64,000 bases of DNA from Alphaproteobacteria bacterium (GCA_024236075.1 JACKLE010000007.1:2235-66234); one strand, 5' to 3'. Counted from the stretch's first letter, positions 7,742 through 15,995 are shown. Made by a program: numbers and translations. Notes: generated from the letters alone by a model not told the origin.

Positions 7742-9013
7742 TGCCCTACCCCCTCTGAAGTGGTCCTGGGACTATGATAGTCGGACCCTGAGAGTGGAGG
7801 CTTGTGATGCCGCGATGAAGGCAAACGGCAGAAGAAATATTGGGAAGCTGCGTGAGGTTGAGGTCCGGATCGGCCGGGGCATGACGGTTCAAGTGGTGAT
7901 CCGTGGGATCGGCGTGACCGAGCAGACCTACTACCGCTGGCGCAAAGAATATGGCGGCCTGAAGCTGGATCAGGCCAAACGGTTGAAGGACCTTGAGAGA
8001 GAGAGAGTAGAGAACGCCCGGCTGAAGAAAGCCGTCGCCGATCTGACACTCGACAAGATGATTTTGACTGAGGCCGCCTCGGGAAACTGGCAGGGCCCTC
8101 GCGCCGCCGGAAGTTCATCGACCATGCCTGCGAGAAGCTCGGTGTCTCCGGACGCCGGGCGTGCCAGGCGGTCGGCCAGCATCGCTCGACGCAGTGGCGA
8201 GCGCCGAGGAAGGCCGACGACGGAGACACGCCGACGGCGACGATCATACGCCTCGCGACGCGCTTCGGGCGTTACGGCTAACGACGCATCACGGCGTTGT
8301 TGAGAGCTGAAGGCTGGCGGGTGAACCACAAGCGTGTTGCGCGCATCTGGCGGCGCGAGAGCCTGAAAGTGCCGGCGCGACACAAGAAGCGCGGCCGTCT
8401 CTGGCTCAATGACGGCTCGTGCATTCGCTTGCGGCCAATGCATCGCAACCATGTCTGGGCCTATGACTTCGTCGAGGACAGAACGCGCGACGGGCGCAAG
8501 ATCCGCATGCTCACGGTGATCGACGAGTTCACGCGGGAATGCCTTGCGATCGAAGTGAACCGCCGCCTTAACAGCCAGGACGTTCTCGCAGTTCTGGCGC
8601 GGCTGTTCCTTGCGTGCGGCGTCCCTGGACATATTCGCAGCGACAATGGCTCCGAGTTCACAGCGAAGGCCGTCAGGAAGTGGCTCGCAATCATGAACGC
8701 GAAGACGCTCTACATCGAACCCGGAAGCCCATGGGAGAACGGCTACAATGAATCGTTCAACGGGAAATTGCGCGACGAATGTCTTAACACGGAGCTATTT
8801 TACTCGCTTCGCGAGGCGTAGATCCTCATCGAGGACTGGCGGCGTGAATATAATGCGATCCGACCCCATTCCTCGCTCGGATATCGTCCGCCGGCGCCGG
8901 AAACCTTTCAGCCGGCCAATCCGGCCTGCGCAATCTGAAAGCTCCAACCGGATCAGCCTTCCGCCGAAGCACGCTTTTCTGTTACATAGAACCCGGCTGC
9001 GCATACGGGGGCA
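7742..9013 (+). mobile_element. IS3-family insertion sequence, copy 1, transposase inactivated
   Basis: The left end is TGCCCTACCCCCTCTGAAGTGG and the right end is ...ACGGGGGCA (TG...CA termini). orfA contains GVTEQTYYRWRKEYGG...RLKDLERE...LKKAVADLTLDK. orfB contains [17 protein letters not shown]...[16 protein letters not shown]...[14 protein letters not shown]...IRSDNGSEF...[21 protein letters not shown]...RPHSSLGYRPPAPE. Confidence 0.85.
7815..8938 (+). pseudogene. IS3-family transposase orfAB with premature stops
   Basis: In the orfB frame, GRYG*RRITALL has a TAA near 8278 where GYRRI is expected, and SLREA*ILIEDWRR has a TAG at 8819..8821. Confidence 0.8.
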
Positions 9014-9121
9014 GGTCACTTCCGCCCACCCAACCCAGGGTAGACTTGCGTCGGTTCTTGTGTAGAGTTTCTATCCTGCCTAGACGGAAGCCGATGTTTC
9101 TCACCAAGGTAGCCGGAGATC

Positions 9122-9337
9122 ATGACAACAGAATCAGGCTCGAAAGGTAGCCGCAAAACGAACCTCGTCTACCTGCAACTGCTGGCGCAAGGTGAGGCTT
9201 TGAACCCGAGACACGCGGAAATGCCAAGTTCTGAGGAGGGTCTTGCGCTCGTGAGAGCCTTCTATGGAATTCGACATCGCGCGGATCGAGCGAAGGTCAT
9301 CGAGCTGGCACAAAAGCTTTTGAAGATTGCCAACTGA
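9122..9337 (+). CDS. Small hypothetical protein (71 aa), paralogue of the next ORF
   Basis: AT-richer ORF. It shares the motif EMPSxEEGLxLxRAFxxIRxxxDRxxVxELAxxLL with ORF 9350..9586. Confidence 0.4.
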   Translation: MTTESGSKGSRKTNLVYLQLLAQGEALNPRHAEMPSSEEGLALVRAFYGIRHRADRAKVIELAQKLLKIAN

Positions 9338-9349
9338 CCGCAGGAACAT

Positions 9350-9586
9350 TTGCGACGAAGGCCCTCATCTCGAAGCGAGGTCAATGTGACAGAGGACAAC
9401 GAGAAGGGGCCACGACGTGTTTGGCTTGCATCCGAATTCGACATTGACCCCGCGCCGAACATTGAAATGCCTTCGCCAGAGGAAGGATTGGAACTTCTAC
9501 GAGCGTTCTTCCGTATTAGGACAAAGAAAGATAGGGTTGCCGTCGTCGAACTGGCTCGGTCGCTTTTGGGTGAAAGCACACGTTGA
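9350..9586 (+). CDS. Small hypothetical protein (78 aa or shorter), paralogue of the previous ORF
   Basis: ...IEMPSPEEGLELLRAFFRIRTKKDRVAVVELARSLL aligns with the C-terminal half of ORF 9122..9337. The start codon is uncertain. Confidence 0.4.
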   Translation: MRRRPSSRSEVNVTEDNEKGPRRVWLASEFDIDPAPNIEMPSPEEGLELLRAFFRIRTKKDRVAVVELARSLLGESTR

Positions 9587-9671
9587 CACCAAGAGCGTCA
9601 CATTGGAGGGACTGGTAGTCCTCGACCCTGCTAAGCTGTTCTATCCTCTACAAATTTGCCCGATGCCCAGC

Positions 9672-9905
9672 TCAATTGAGTTTGAGTTTGCTGTCTCCAA
9701 TGTCAGTAACAAGATGAGCGCCATCGCTATCGTCTGTTAGTCTGAGTTCGCGAACGGCCTCTAGCCGCGCCATTTCGAGAAGGTAGGCCAATAGCCCGAG
9801 GTCACACTTTCCCGCTAGTGCTTTCAGAGCAGTGGTGAGTTCGGAAATGTGAACCAAAGCGTTGTGACGTTCGCATTCGTTTTGCCATTCATATTCTGAT
9901 GACAT
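9672..9905 (-). CDS. Small hypothetical protein (77 aa) downstream of the dioxygenase gene
   Basis: ORF on the same strand, 35 nt downstream of the phyH-like stop, with the same AT-richer composition. No recognisable motif. Confidence 0.35.
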   Translation of the reverse strand: MSSEYEWQNECERHNALVHISELTTALKALAGKCDLGLLAYLLEMARLEAVRELRLTDDSDGAHLVTDIGDSKLKLN

Positions 9906-9940
9906 GTTCTCATTCCCTATCTCTATCGGCCCCGCGCGAT

Positions 9941-10840
9941 CTATGCTGCCGCGCGCCCGTCGCTGGGCTTGAGGAAACCGCTGAGAATTCTGTCCATCTC
10001 GGGCGACAGGACGTCGTCTGCGGAGATATCAGCCGATCCCTGCAGCGGCAGTAGGTCCATTGGATCTCGGCATTCAAATAGCCCGAGGTTGGGGCGGTGA
10101 GCGGCATAGCCAATCAACGAGGCTAGTTCCGGTGGCAGATTGCGAGCGACATCAAGAGGCACTGCGAGGTATTGATTTTCATACTGACGGAGCCAGCCCA
10201 GATTGTAGCCCATTACAACTCCGATCCGGGGTTCGTTGGAGTTGTTTGCTCCCGCTCCGTGGACAGTCGAACCAAGATAGAGCAGGGCGCTGCCCGGCTG
10301 CATCTCAGCTGCCACGGGTTCAATATCCCTTTGTGCGTTTGTTGCACTCCATAGGTGGCTTCCCGGGACGACGTGGGTCCCGCCGTTCTCCCTTGTGAAC
10401 TTCGTAAGGGCCCACATCACGTTCACCATGGGCTCGATCGCGGCAGGACAGTACGGATACATCCCGCGGTCCCTATGCAGGACCTGCGCGATTTCGCCTG
10501 GCAACACGGCGATTGCCTGAGTGATGTGCAGCTGAAACCGCTCACATTGCGTGAGAGTCAGCGACATGGTTCTCAGGATCGATGCTTGCAGAGCGAGAAC
10601 GTGCGTAGACGGACTCTTGGCGACGAGTCCGTTTACACGTTTCGTATTTAGTCCAACAAAGATGCCCTGACCTGGCGGAGTCTTCTCCAGTAGAGGCGCT
10701 ATCTCCTTTTCAATGGCGTCCATCTGCGCTGCCGGCGTTAAGCCCTCGACAATGACACAGCCTGATTGGACTAGTTGGGCCCGGATATCCTCGGGCGGCG
10801 CATCGGCGCCGAGGCGAGGAACGCCCTGACTCGCTGTCAT
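9941..10840 (-). CDS. Phytanoyl-CoA dioxygenase (PhyH) family Fe(II)/2-oxoglutarate-dependent oxygenase
   Basis: 299 aa with an HxD motif (QVLHRDRG), a distal His (GSTVHGAGAN) and a general PhyH-like layout (GTHVVPGSHLW). Its ATG at 10838..10840 directly abuts the luxI stop at 10841..10843. Confidence 0.8.
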   Translation of the reverse strand: MTASQGVPRLGADAPPEDIRAQLVQSGCVIVEGLTPAAQMDAIEKEIAPLLEKTPPGQGIFVGLNTKRVNGLVAKSPSTHVLALQASILRTMSLTLTQCERFQLHITQAIAVLPGEIAQVLHRDRGMYPYCPAAIEPMVNVMWALTKFTRENGGTHVVPGSHLWSATNAQRDIEPVAAEMQPGSALLYLGSTVHGAGANNSNEPRIGVVMGYNLGWLRQYENQYLAVPLDVARNLPPELASLIGYAAHRPNLGLFECRDPMDLLPLQGSADISADDVLSPEMDRILSGFLKPSDGRAAA

Positions 10841-11515
10841 CTAGGCCGCCCGCTGCTGGTGCTTCTTGAGGACGTCGGCATGAACGGTGCGCGCGGCAAT
10901 GATGCCTTCCGCCGATACGATGGGTTCCTTCAAGCCCAGGAATGCTCGAACGGACTCAAGGCTGAGGTCTTCAAAGTCGACTTTGACGCCTATGACCTCC
11001 AGGTCACCCATGGTCACGGGAAGACCCATCGCGGTTGCCTTGAAGCCGGTCGCCACCATTCTCTGAAAGCGCCAGAGCTCGACCACGGCTGTCACGCCCT
11101 TCAATCCGAGTGCGCAGGCGGTTTCCAGCCACCCGATGTGAATTTCGATCGTGACCGGGTTGGGTCGGCCGAGCTTCTTTGTCTCCGGCGCAACGACGAT
11201 ACGGCTGACGTCATAGATCTCCGGATCGCTGGGAACTCCATAGCGATCAAAAAGGTTCGGAAAATGCTTGGCTGACAGCGTCGTCAGATTTGACGCAGCG
11301 AGTCGAACGCAACCGACAACTCCATCGCATTCGGCACGCGTGCTGACAACGTAGATTGTGTGTGCGTGGTCACTTTCGTCAATGTCGCGGCCATCGGGCT
11401 TGTAGACCTCTTCCCAACCCATCTGTTCAAAGAGGACTCGATGACGAAGGCGAAACATCTGGTCGAATTTGACTTCGTGTTCATGACGGTTGCCGCTCGT
11501 TAGGATTGTGATCAT
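10841..11515 (-). CDS. luxI: Acyl-homoserine-lactone synthase (LuxI family)
   Basis: MITILTSGNRHEHEVKFDQMFRLRHRVLFEQMGWEEVYKPDGRDIDESDHAHTIYVV...VSRIVVAP matches the autoinducer-synthase signature RxRxxVFxxxxGW...E.D.(F/S)D. A GGAGGG Shine-Dalgarno precedes the ATG at 11515. Confidence 0.9.
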   Translation of the reverse strand: MITILTSGNRHEHEVKFDQMFRLRHRVLFEQMGWEEVYKPDGRDIDESDHAHTIYVVSTRAECDGVVGCVRLAASNLTTLSAKHFPNLFDRYGVPSDPEIYDVSRIVVAPETKKLGRPNPVTIEIHIGWLETACALGLKGVTAVVELWRFQRMVATGFKATAMGLPVTMGDLEVIGVKVDFEDLSLESVRAFLGLKEPIVSAEGIIAARTVHADVLKKHQQRAA

Positions 11516-11599
11516 CAAACCCTCCATGAATTGTAGACGGAGGGAATTGGACGCGAACCGATGGCGTTCGGCCATTCTCTGAACGGAGGTAATTTGTGT

Positions 11600-12322
11600 T
11601 CAGATTCGGAGGAGGCGATGCCTCAACGCCTCGATCACCGCGGATATTCGTCGCTTTGCGCCGAGCTTTCGCTTCGCGTTCTCGACGTGCATATGGACAG
11701 TGGTCTCGCTAATCGTAAGAATTTCTCCGATCTCGGAATCTGATCGCCCTGTTGCAACCCAAGCTAAGATTTCGCGCTCGCGTCCGGTTAGGTTTGGTGC
11801 CTGCTCAATCAACGGATTTGCGAGGCTCAGGATTCGTGCATGTGTGTAGACACCGAGCAAACGGAGTATTTGCGAAACAGATGGGTCGTCATCGACGCGT
11901 GGGCCCGCAAATGCCGCTGCAGCGAAGTAGCCGTTAGGCCCTAGAATTGGAAATGCGTAGCCATCCGAGAGGCCAAACTCCTTCCCCTCGTTCAATATCT
12001 GCCATCCCTTGGTCCTTGGCCTTGTCTTTTCACGAATTTCTTTCCACGGGATACCACCCCCCCCTTCCATCAATGTCGTAACTACTGGATCAAAATATCT
12101 ATATTTATTTACGAAATACCTATTTCTCCATTCTAAATCATAGTTCAACATCCACCCGTGATCGCGTGATACTAGTCCTGCAAGGGGGCATACGACAAAA
12201 TATTCTATACCGAACGCATTTAAATTTTTTTCGATCAACGCCTTAAGTTCTGTTTCTGTCGTGGCACCTTCCATGTTCTCAAGAAGATCGAAGAATTTCT
12301 TTTTTGCGGTCGCGTCTGACAT
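11600..12322 (-). CDS. luxR: LuxR-family quorum-sensing transcriptional regulator (autoinducer-binding domain plus GerE HTH)
   Basis: 240 aa. The N-terminal domain carries the conserved W...Y...DP...W...G pattern (EWRNRYFVNKYRYFDPV, GIPW). The C-terminus reads LTGREREILAWVATGRSDSEIGEILTISETTVHMHVENAKRKLGA. Confidence 0.9.
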   Translation of the reverse strand: MSDATAKKKFFDLLENMEGATTETELKALIEKNLNAFGIEYFVVCPLAGLVSRDHGWMLNYDLEWRNRYFVNKYRYFDPVVTTLMEGGGGIPWKEIREKTRPRTKGWQILNEGKEFGLSDGYAFPILGPNGYFAAAAFAGPRVDDDPSVSQILRLLGVYTHARILSLANPLIEQAPNLTGREREILAWVATGRSDSEIGEILTISETTVHMHVENAKRKLGAKRRISAVIEALRHRLLRI

Positions 12323-12408
12323 TGTGTTCTCGATCTTGCCTGGCCCAGCTTGAACATCATCGTATTGATGCGCATCCTGCGTGCCTGGGCAACAGGGGTC
12401 GAATTGTA

Positions 12409-12440
12409 AGTCCGTATGATGAACGTTTACATGACGGACT
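12409..12440. promoter_or_regulatory. Imperfect 32-bp palindrome upstream of luxR, candidate operator
   Basis: AGTCCGTATGATGAACGTTTACATGACGGACT has half-sites AGTCCGT / ACGGACT and lies about 90 nt upstream of the luxR start. Confidence 0.3.
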
Positions 12441-12471
12441 GTCCTAGTTGATCGCCATTTCGGACTGGCTA

Positions 12472-13317
12472 GGTAGGGGACTCATTTGATCCACGCGACG
12501 ACGATGGCTGCGAGAGCGATTGCGGAGATGTAGTTTTGCGCGAGACGGTCATATCGCGTTGCGATGCGCCGCCAGTTTTTGAGCTTGCAGAACAGTCTCT
12601 CCACGACGTTGCGTCGTTTGTAGGCCGTTTCGTCGAGCGGATAGGGGACGGTGCGGGAGGCCGTTGAGGGAATGACGGCCTTGATCGTTCTGCTCTTGAG
12701 GTAGGAGCGAAAATGCTCCGCGTCATAGGCTCTATCGGCAAGCAGCCGCTTTGGGGCCAGGACCGCGTCGACGAGCGGCTTGGCCATGGTGATGTCGGCG
12801 ACATTGCCCGGCGTCAGGGCGAAGGCGACCGGCCTGCCGCAATCATCGGCCAGACAGTGGATTTTGCTTGTTCTGCCGCCGCGCGAGCGCCCAATCGCTT
12901 GCGCTTCCTCCCCCTTTTTCCGCCTGCGGCGGAGCGGTGGGCTTTGACATGGCTGCTATCGAGCGACAGCTCTTCGGGGACAGGTCCTGCGGCCGCCATT
13001 TTGGCGAACAGGCGTTGCCAGACCCCTCGGGCAGACCATCGATTGTAGCGGTTGTAGATCGTCGTATAGGGTCCGTACTCGGACGGACAATCCCGCCACC
13101 GGCATCCGGTCTTGAGAACATGCAGGATGCCGCTCATCACGCGCCGGTCATCCACACGCGGCTTGCCCGGCTTTCCGCGCGGCAGATGCGGGTCGATGAG
13201 AGCCCAGGCTTCGTCGGACAGCCAAAACAGATGCGACATCTCGGTCTCCTCGGGTAGTCGAACCCAAAAGGAAACTGATTTGCACAAAGAATCAATGCTT
13301 TGTATGAGTTCCCAACC
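12472..13317 (-). mobile_element. IS5-family (IS427-group-like) insertion sequence, apparently intact
   Basis: The terminal inverted repeats are GGTAGGGGACTCAT (left) and, as the reverse complement of the right end, GGTTGGGAACTCAT. The flanks are cTA and TAg, consistent with insertion into CTAG with TA duplication. It encodes a two-frame transposase. Confidence 0.85.
12482..13239 (-). CDS. IS5-family transposase (orfA-orfB joined by a putative programmed -1 frameshift)
   Basis: orfA reads MSHLFWLSDEAWALIDPHLPRGKPGKPRVDDRRVMSGILHVLKTGCRWRDCP...HVKAHRSAAGGK. At GGAAAAAGGGGG the other frame continues ...QAIGRSRGGRTSKIHCLADDCGRPVAFALTPGNVADITMAKPLV...LFCKLKNWRRIATRYDRL. Confidence 0.8.
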
Positions 13318-13576
13318 TAGGGCGTACTTCGCAATTGTTGCTGCGTTCGGCGGGTTCATTTGGTCCGTGAGGGTGGTGCAGATGGGACAGGTTGAGACCC
13401 GTGAGCGCAGCTGGCGATTGACGCGCACGTCGAGCATACCCATTCGCATGCCGCCGCTCGGGTGGTCGCGCTTCAGCGGGTCGACGACGAGGAGGGTGCA
13501 GTCGTTTGGACGCGCATCCTAAGAGCGACTGTTTGGCTTTCAGATGGCAGCGATCACGGCGAATTGCAGCGACTGT

Positions 13577-13870
13577 TCAAAGCTGAACATCGTGCGTCGT
13601 CAGGAATCGCGTCAACTCTCCGAGCGACACGATTGTCGGGCTCAAGTTCTGAAGTGACCCGAGCTGACCGTCGTCAGGCAAAGTACCCGTCAGCACACCG
13701 GCGACATGGCCAGTGTCCAGATCCACAATGGGTCCGCCGAAGAACGAACCGACATTCTCGCCACTGTCTATAGTGGGCCATTCCTTGATTGCCCATCGCC
13801 CTCGCTTTGCCTCCAGCCTTCCAGCGATCGTGACGATTGACGGAACGGGGCGGTTTTTCCTTGAGACGCC
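13577..13870 (-). pseudogene. Possible C-terminal fragment of a trypsin-like peptidase, 5'-truncated by IS3 copy 2
   Basis: My minus-strand translation reads ...IVTIAGRLEAKRGRWAIKEWPTIDSGENVGSFFGGPIVDLDTGHVAGVLTG...HDVQL*. This resembles a GxSGGP...G.V.G serine-protease C-terminus with a degenerate active-site box. The frame runs into the IS end at 13871. Confidence 0.3.
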
Positions 13871-15167
13871 TGCCCTACCCCTTCTGAAGTGGTCCTGGGA
13901 CTATGATAGTCGGACCCTGAGAGAGGAGGCTTGTGATGCCGCGATGAAGGCATACGGCAGAAGAAATTATTGGGAAGCTGCGTGAGGTTGAGGTCCGGAT
14001 CGGCCGGGGCATGACGGTTCAAGTGGTGATCCGTGGGATCGGCGTGACCGAGCAGACCTACTACCGCTGGCGCAAAGAATATGGCGGCCCGAAGCTGGAT
14101 CAGGTCAAGCGGCTGAAGGACCTTGAGAGAGAGAACAGTCGGCTGAAGCGGGCTGTTGCCGATCTCACGCTCTATGCTCTGATCCTGAAAGAAGCCGAAA
14201 AGGGAAACTTCTAAGCCCCGCGCGTCGCCGGCGAGCGATCCGGTATGTCCGCGAGACCATCTGCGTATCGGAGCGTCGGGCATGCCGGGTATTCGGTCAG
14301 CATTGCGCGACCCAACGTAAGATCGCCAGGACGCCTGACGATGAAGACGCCTTGGCGGGCGACATCATCGAGCTGGCGAAGACCTATGGACGCAATGGCT
14401 ACCGTCGGATCACGGCCCTACTCAAAGAGGCGGGCTGGGCCGTGAACCACAAGCGGGTCGAACGGATCTGGCGGCGTGAGGGGCTAAGAGCGCCTGCGAG
14501 ACAGCGCAAACGGGGTCGGCTCTGGCTCGACGATGGGTCTTGCCTCCGGCTGAGACCGGAATGCCGCAACCACGTTTGGACGTATGATCTTGTCGAGGAC
14601 CGCACCCAAGAGGGAAAGAAGATCCGCATGCTCACCGTCATCGATTCGTTCAGCCACACATGCCTGGCTATCACCGTCGAACGGTGCCTGAACAGCGGCA
14701 ACGTGCTCGACACCTTCGCGGATCTCTTCCTCGAGCATGGGCCGCCCAAGCACATTCGTCCGGACAACGGCCTAGAGTTCATTGCGACCGCCGTGCGGAA
14801 TGGCTCGCCCATATCGGCGTGAAGACGCTCTACATCGAACCGGGCTCACCTTGGGAGAACGGGTACAACGAGTCCTTCAACGGGAAGACTCCGCGATGAG
14901 CTGCTGAGCGGAGAGATCTTCTCGACGCTGAAAGAGGCCCAGACCCTGATCGAAGCATGGCGCCGTCACTACAACACCGTCAGGCCTCACAGCGCCTTGG
15001 GATACAGCCCGCCCGCGCCAGGGGCCTTCGCTCCCATGATCTTCCCAACAGCTCGACCCAAGGAGCTGGGTCTCCTGTCCGTCCTTGAGGTCGTAGAGGT
15101 CGAGCATCTCGCCGATCTCGGGATGGCCATGCCGAGCGTTCCCAACCAAGTTTCAACATGGGGGGCA
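13871..15167 (+). mobile_element. IS3-family insertion sequence, copy 2, transposase inactivated by several frameshifts
   Basis: The left end is TGCCCTACCCCTTCTGAAGTGG and the right end is ...CATGGGGGGCA. Transposase similarity is spread over at least 4 ORF fragments (13944.., 14011..14214, 14352..14822, 14660..14899, 14997..) in different frames. A 1-bp insertion (AAATTATTGGG versus AAATATTGGG in copy 1) truncates orfA after 13 codons. Confidence 0.85.
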
Positions 15168-15365
15168 GATCAACGCCGAGCTTTCCCGTCGAGCGCCGGT
15201 CCCCTCATCCTGTCCTTCTCCCGAGGGAGAAGGAACCCGGGCGGCAGCGCCGCGCGGGAGAGCGGCGTCCGCGCAGCGTCCGCCTGGCGTCCCCGCATCG
15301 TCCGGACGCAGTTCGTCAGATAGCGCCCAGATGGTTTCGAGCGTCACGCTCGTCAAGAGGCGATT

Positions 15366-15899
15366 TTACGGATTGCGTGAATTTTCGCGCGCGCGCCGCC
15401 AGCGGCCGGCGAATTTGGCGCGGTCGACGCGGCGCGGCCAGGCGACGACGCGGTCGGGCCATTTCGCCTCCGGGACGGCGGTCTCGCAGACGACGCGCCC
15501 GCGCACGGAGCAGCCCGCCGCCGCGACGCTGCCCTTGTCGCCCGTCACGAGCGGATGCCAGTCGGGCAGCGCCCGCCCCTCGTGGAGGCGGCGATAGGCG
15601 CAGCTCGGTGGCATCCAGGGCGCGGCCTCCGCGATCGTCTCCGGCGTCAGGCGCACGCAGCCCGGCACGCGCGCCGAGCGGTTGGGATAGTCCGAGCAGC
15701 GGCAGCTCGCCTCGTCGAGCAGCTGGCAGACGATGTCGGTGTAGGAGGTCGCGCCCGTGTCCTCGTCCTCGAGCTTGATGAGGCAGCAGAGCGCGCAGCC
15801 GTCGCAGAGCGCCTCCCATTCGGCGGGCGTCATCTCCGAGAGGCTCTTCTCCTCCCAGAAGCGTCCTTCGGCGATCTTTTCCCGCGATGACGGTTTCAT
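15366..15899 (-). CDS. YcgN/UPF0260-family cysteine-cluster protein
   Basis: MKPSSREKIAEGRFWEEKSLSEMTPAEWEALCDGCALCCLIKLEDEDTG...CQLLDEASCRCSDYPNR...GC. Confidence 0.85.
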   Translation of the reverse strand: MKPSSREKIAEGRFWEEKSLSEMTPAEWEALCDGCALCCLIKLEDEDTGATSYTDIVCQLLDEASCRCSDYPNRSARVPGCVRLTPETIAEAAPWMPPSCAYRRLHEGRALPDWHPLVTGDKGSVAAAGCSVRGRVVCETAVPEAKWPDRVVAWPRRVDRAKFAGRWRRARENSRNP

Positions 15900-15995
15900 G
15901 AATCGGGCCCGGCGAGGTCGCACTTGCGCCCCATTTGGCGCCATGCTCCACGATGGGCTAGCAGATGGAGACCCGGGCGGTCGAGAGGGGCAGGC

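Noticed and set aside
11516-11599. A canonical lux box in the luxR-luxI spacer.
   Set aside because: I found no 18 to 20 bp dyad resembling ACCTGTAGGATCGTACAGGT or the tra box. The only feature is a weak CGAAC-N7-GTTCG dyad, which is equally consistent with a luxR terminator stem.
15214-15233. A family of CT-rich/GA-rich hairpins as a potential novel dispersed element. Examples: CCTTCTCCC-GA-GGGAGAAGG at 15214..15233, CCCTTCCCCTTGGAGGGAAAG near 23960, the CCCTTCCTTCCCCCTCCCCGCACGGGCAGGG region near 47585, and TCCCGCGCTTCAGGCGCGGGA near 18040.
   Set aside because: They look like the ordinary REP-type intergenic palindromes common in high-GC alphaproteobacteria. The copies here are not alignable to a single consensus by eye, and all sit at gene ends where terminator-like hairpins are expected. 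A genome-wide count is needed before any claim.
15168-15365. Whether the missing N-terminus of the SleB-like hydrolase lies just beyond the second IS3 copy, which would prove a single composite-transposon insertion.
   Set aside because: Only one minus-strand frame is open there (…WALSDELRPDDAGTPGGRCADAALPRG…ESSALI). It shows no SleB-like N-terminal motif and joins poorly to LCQVAVAW. The sequences flanking the two outer IS ends also share no duplication. The composite-transposon model is therefore not supported.
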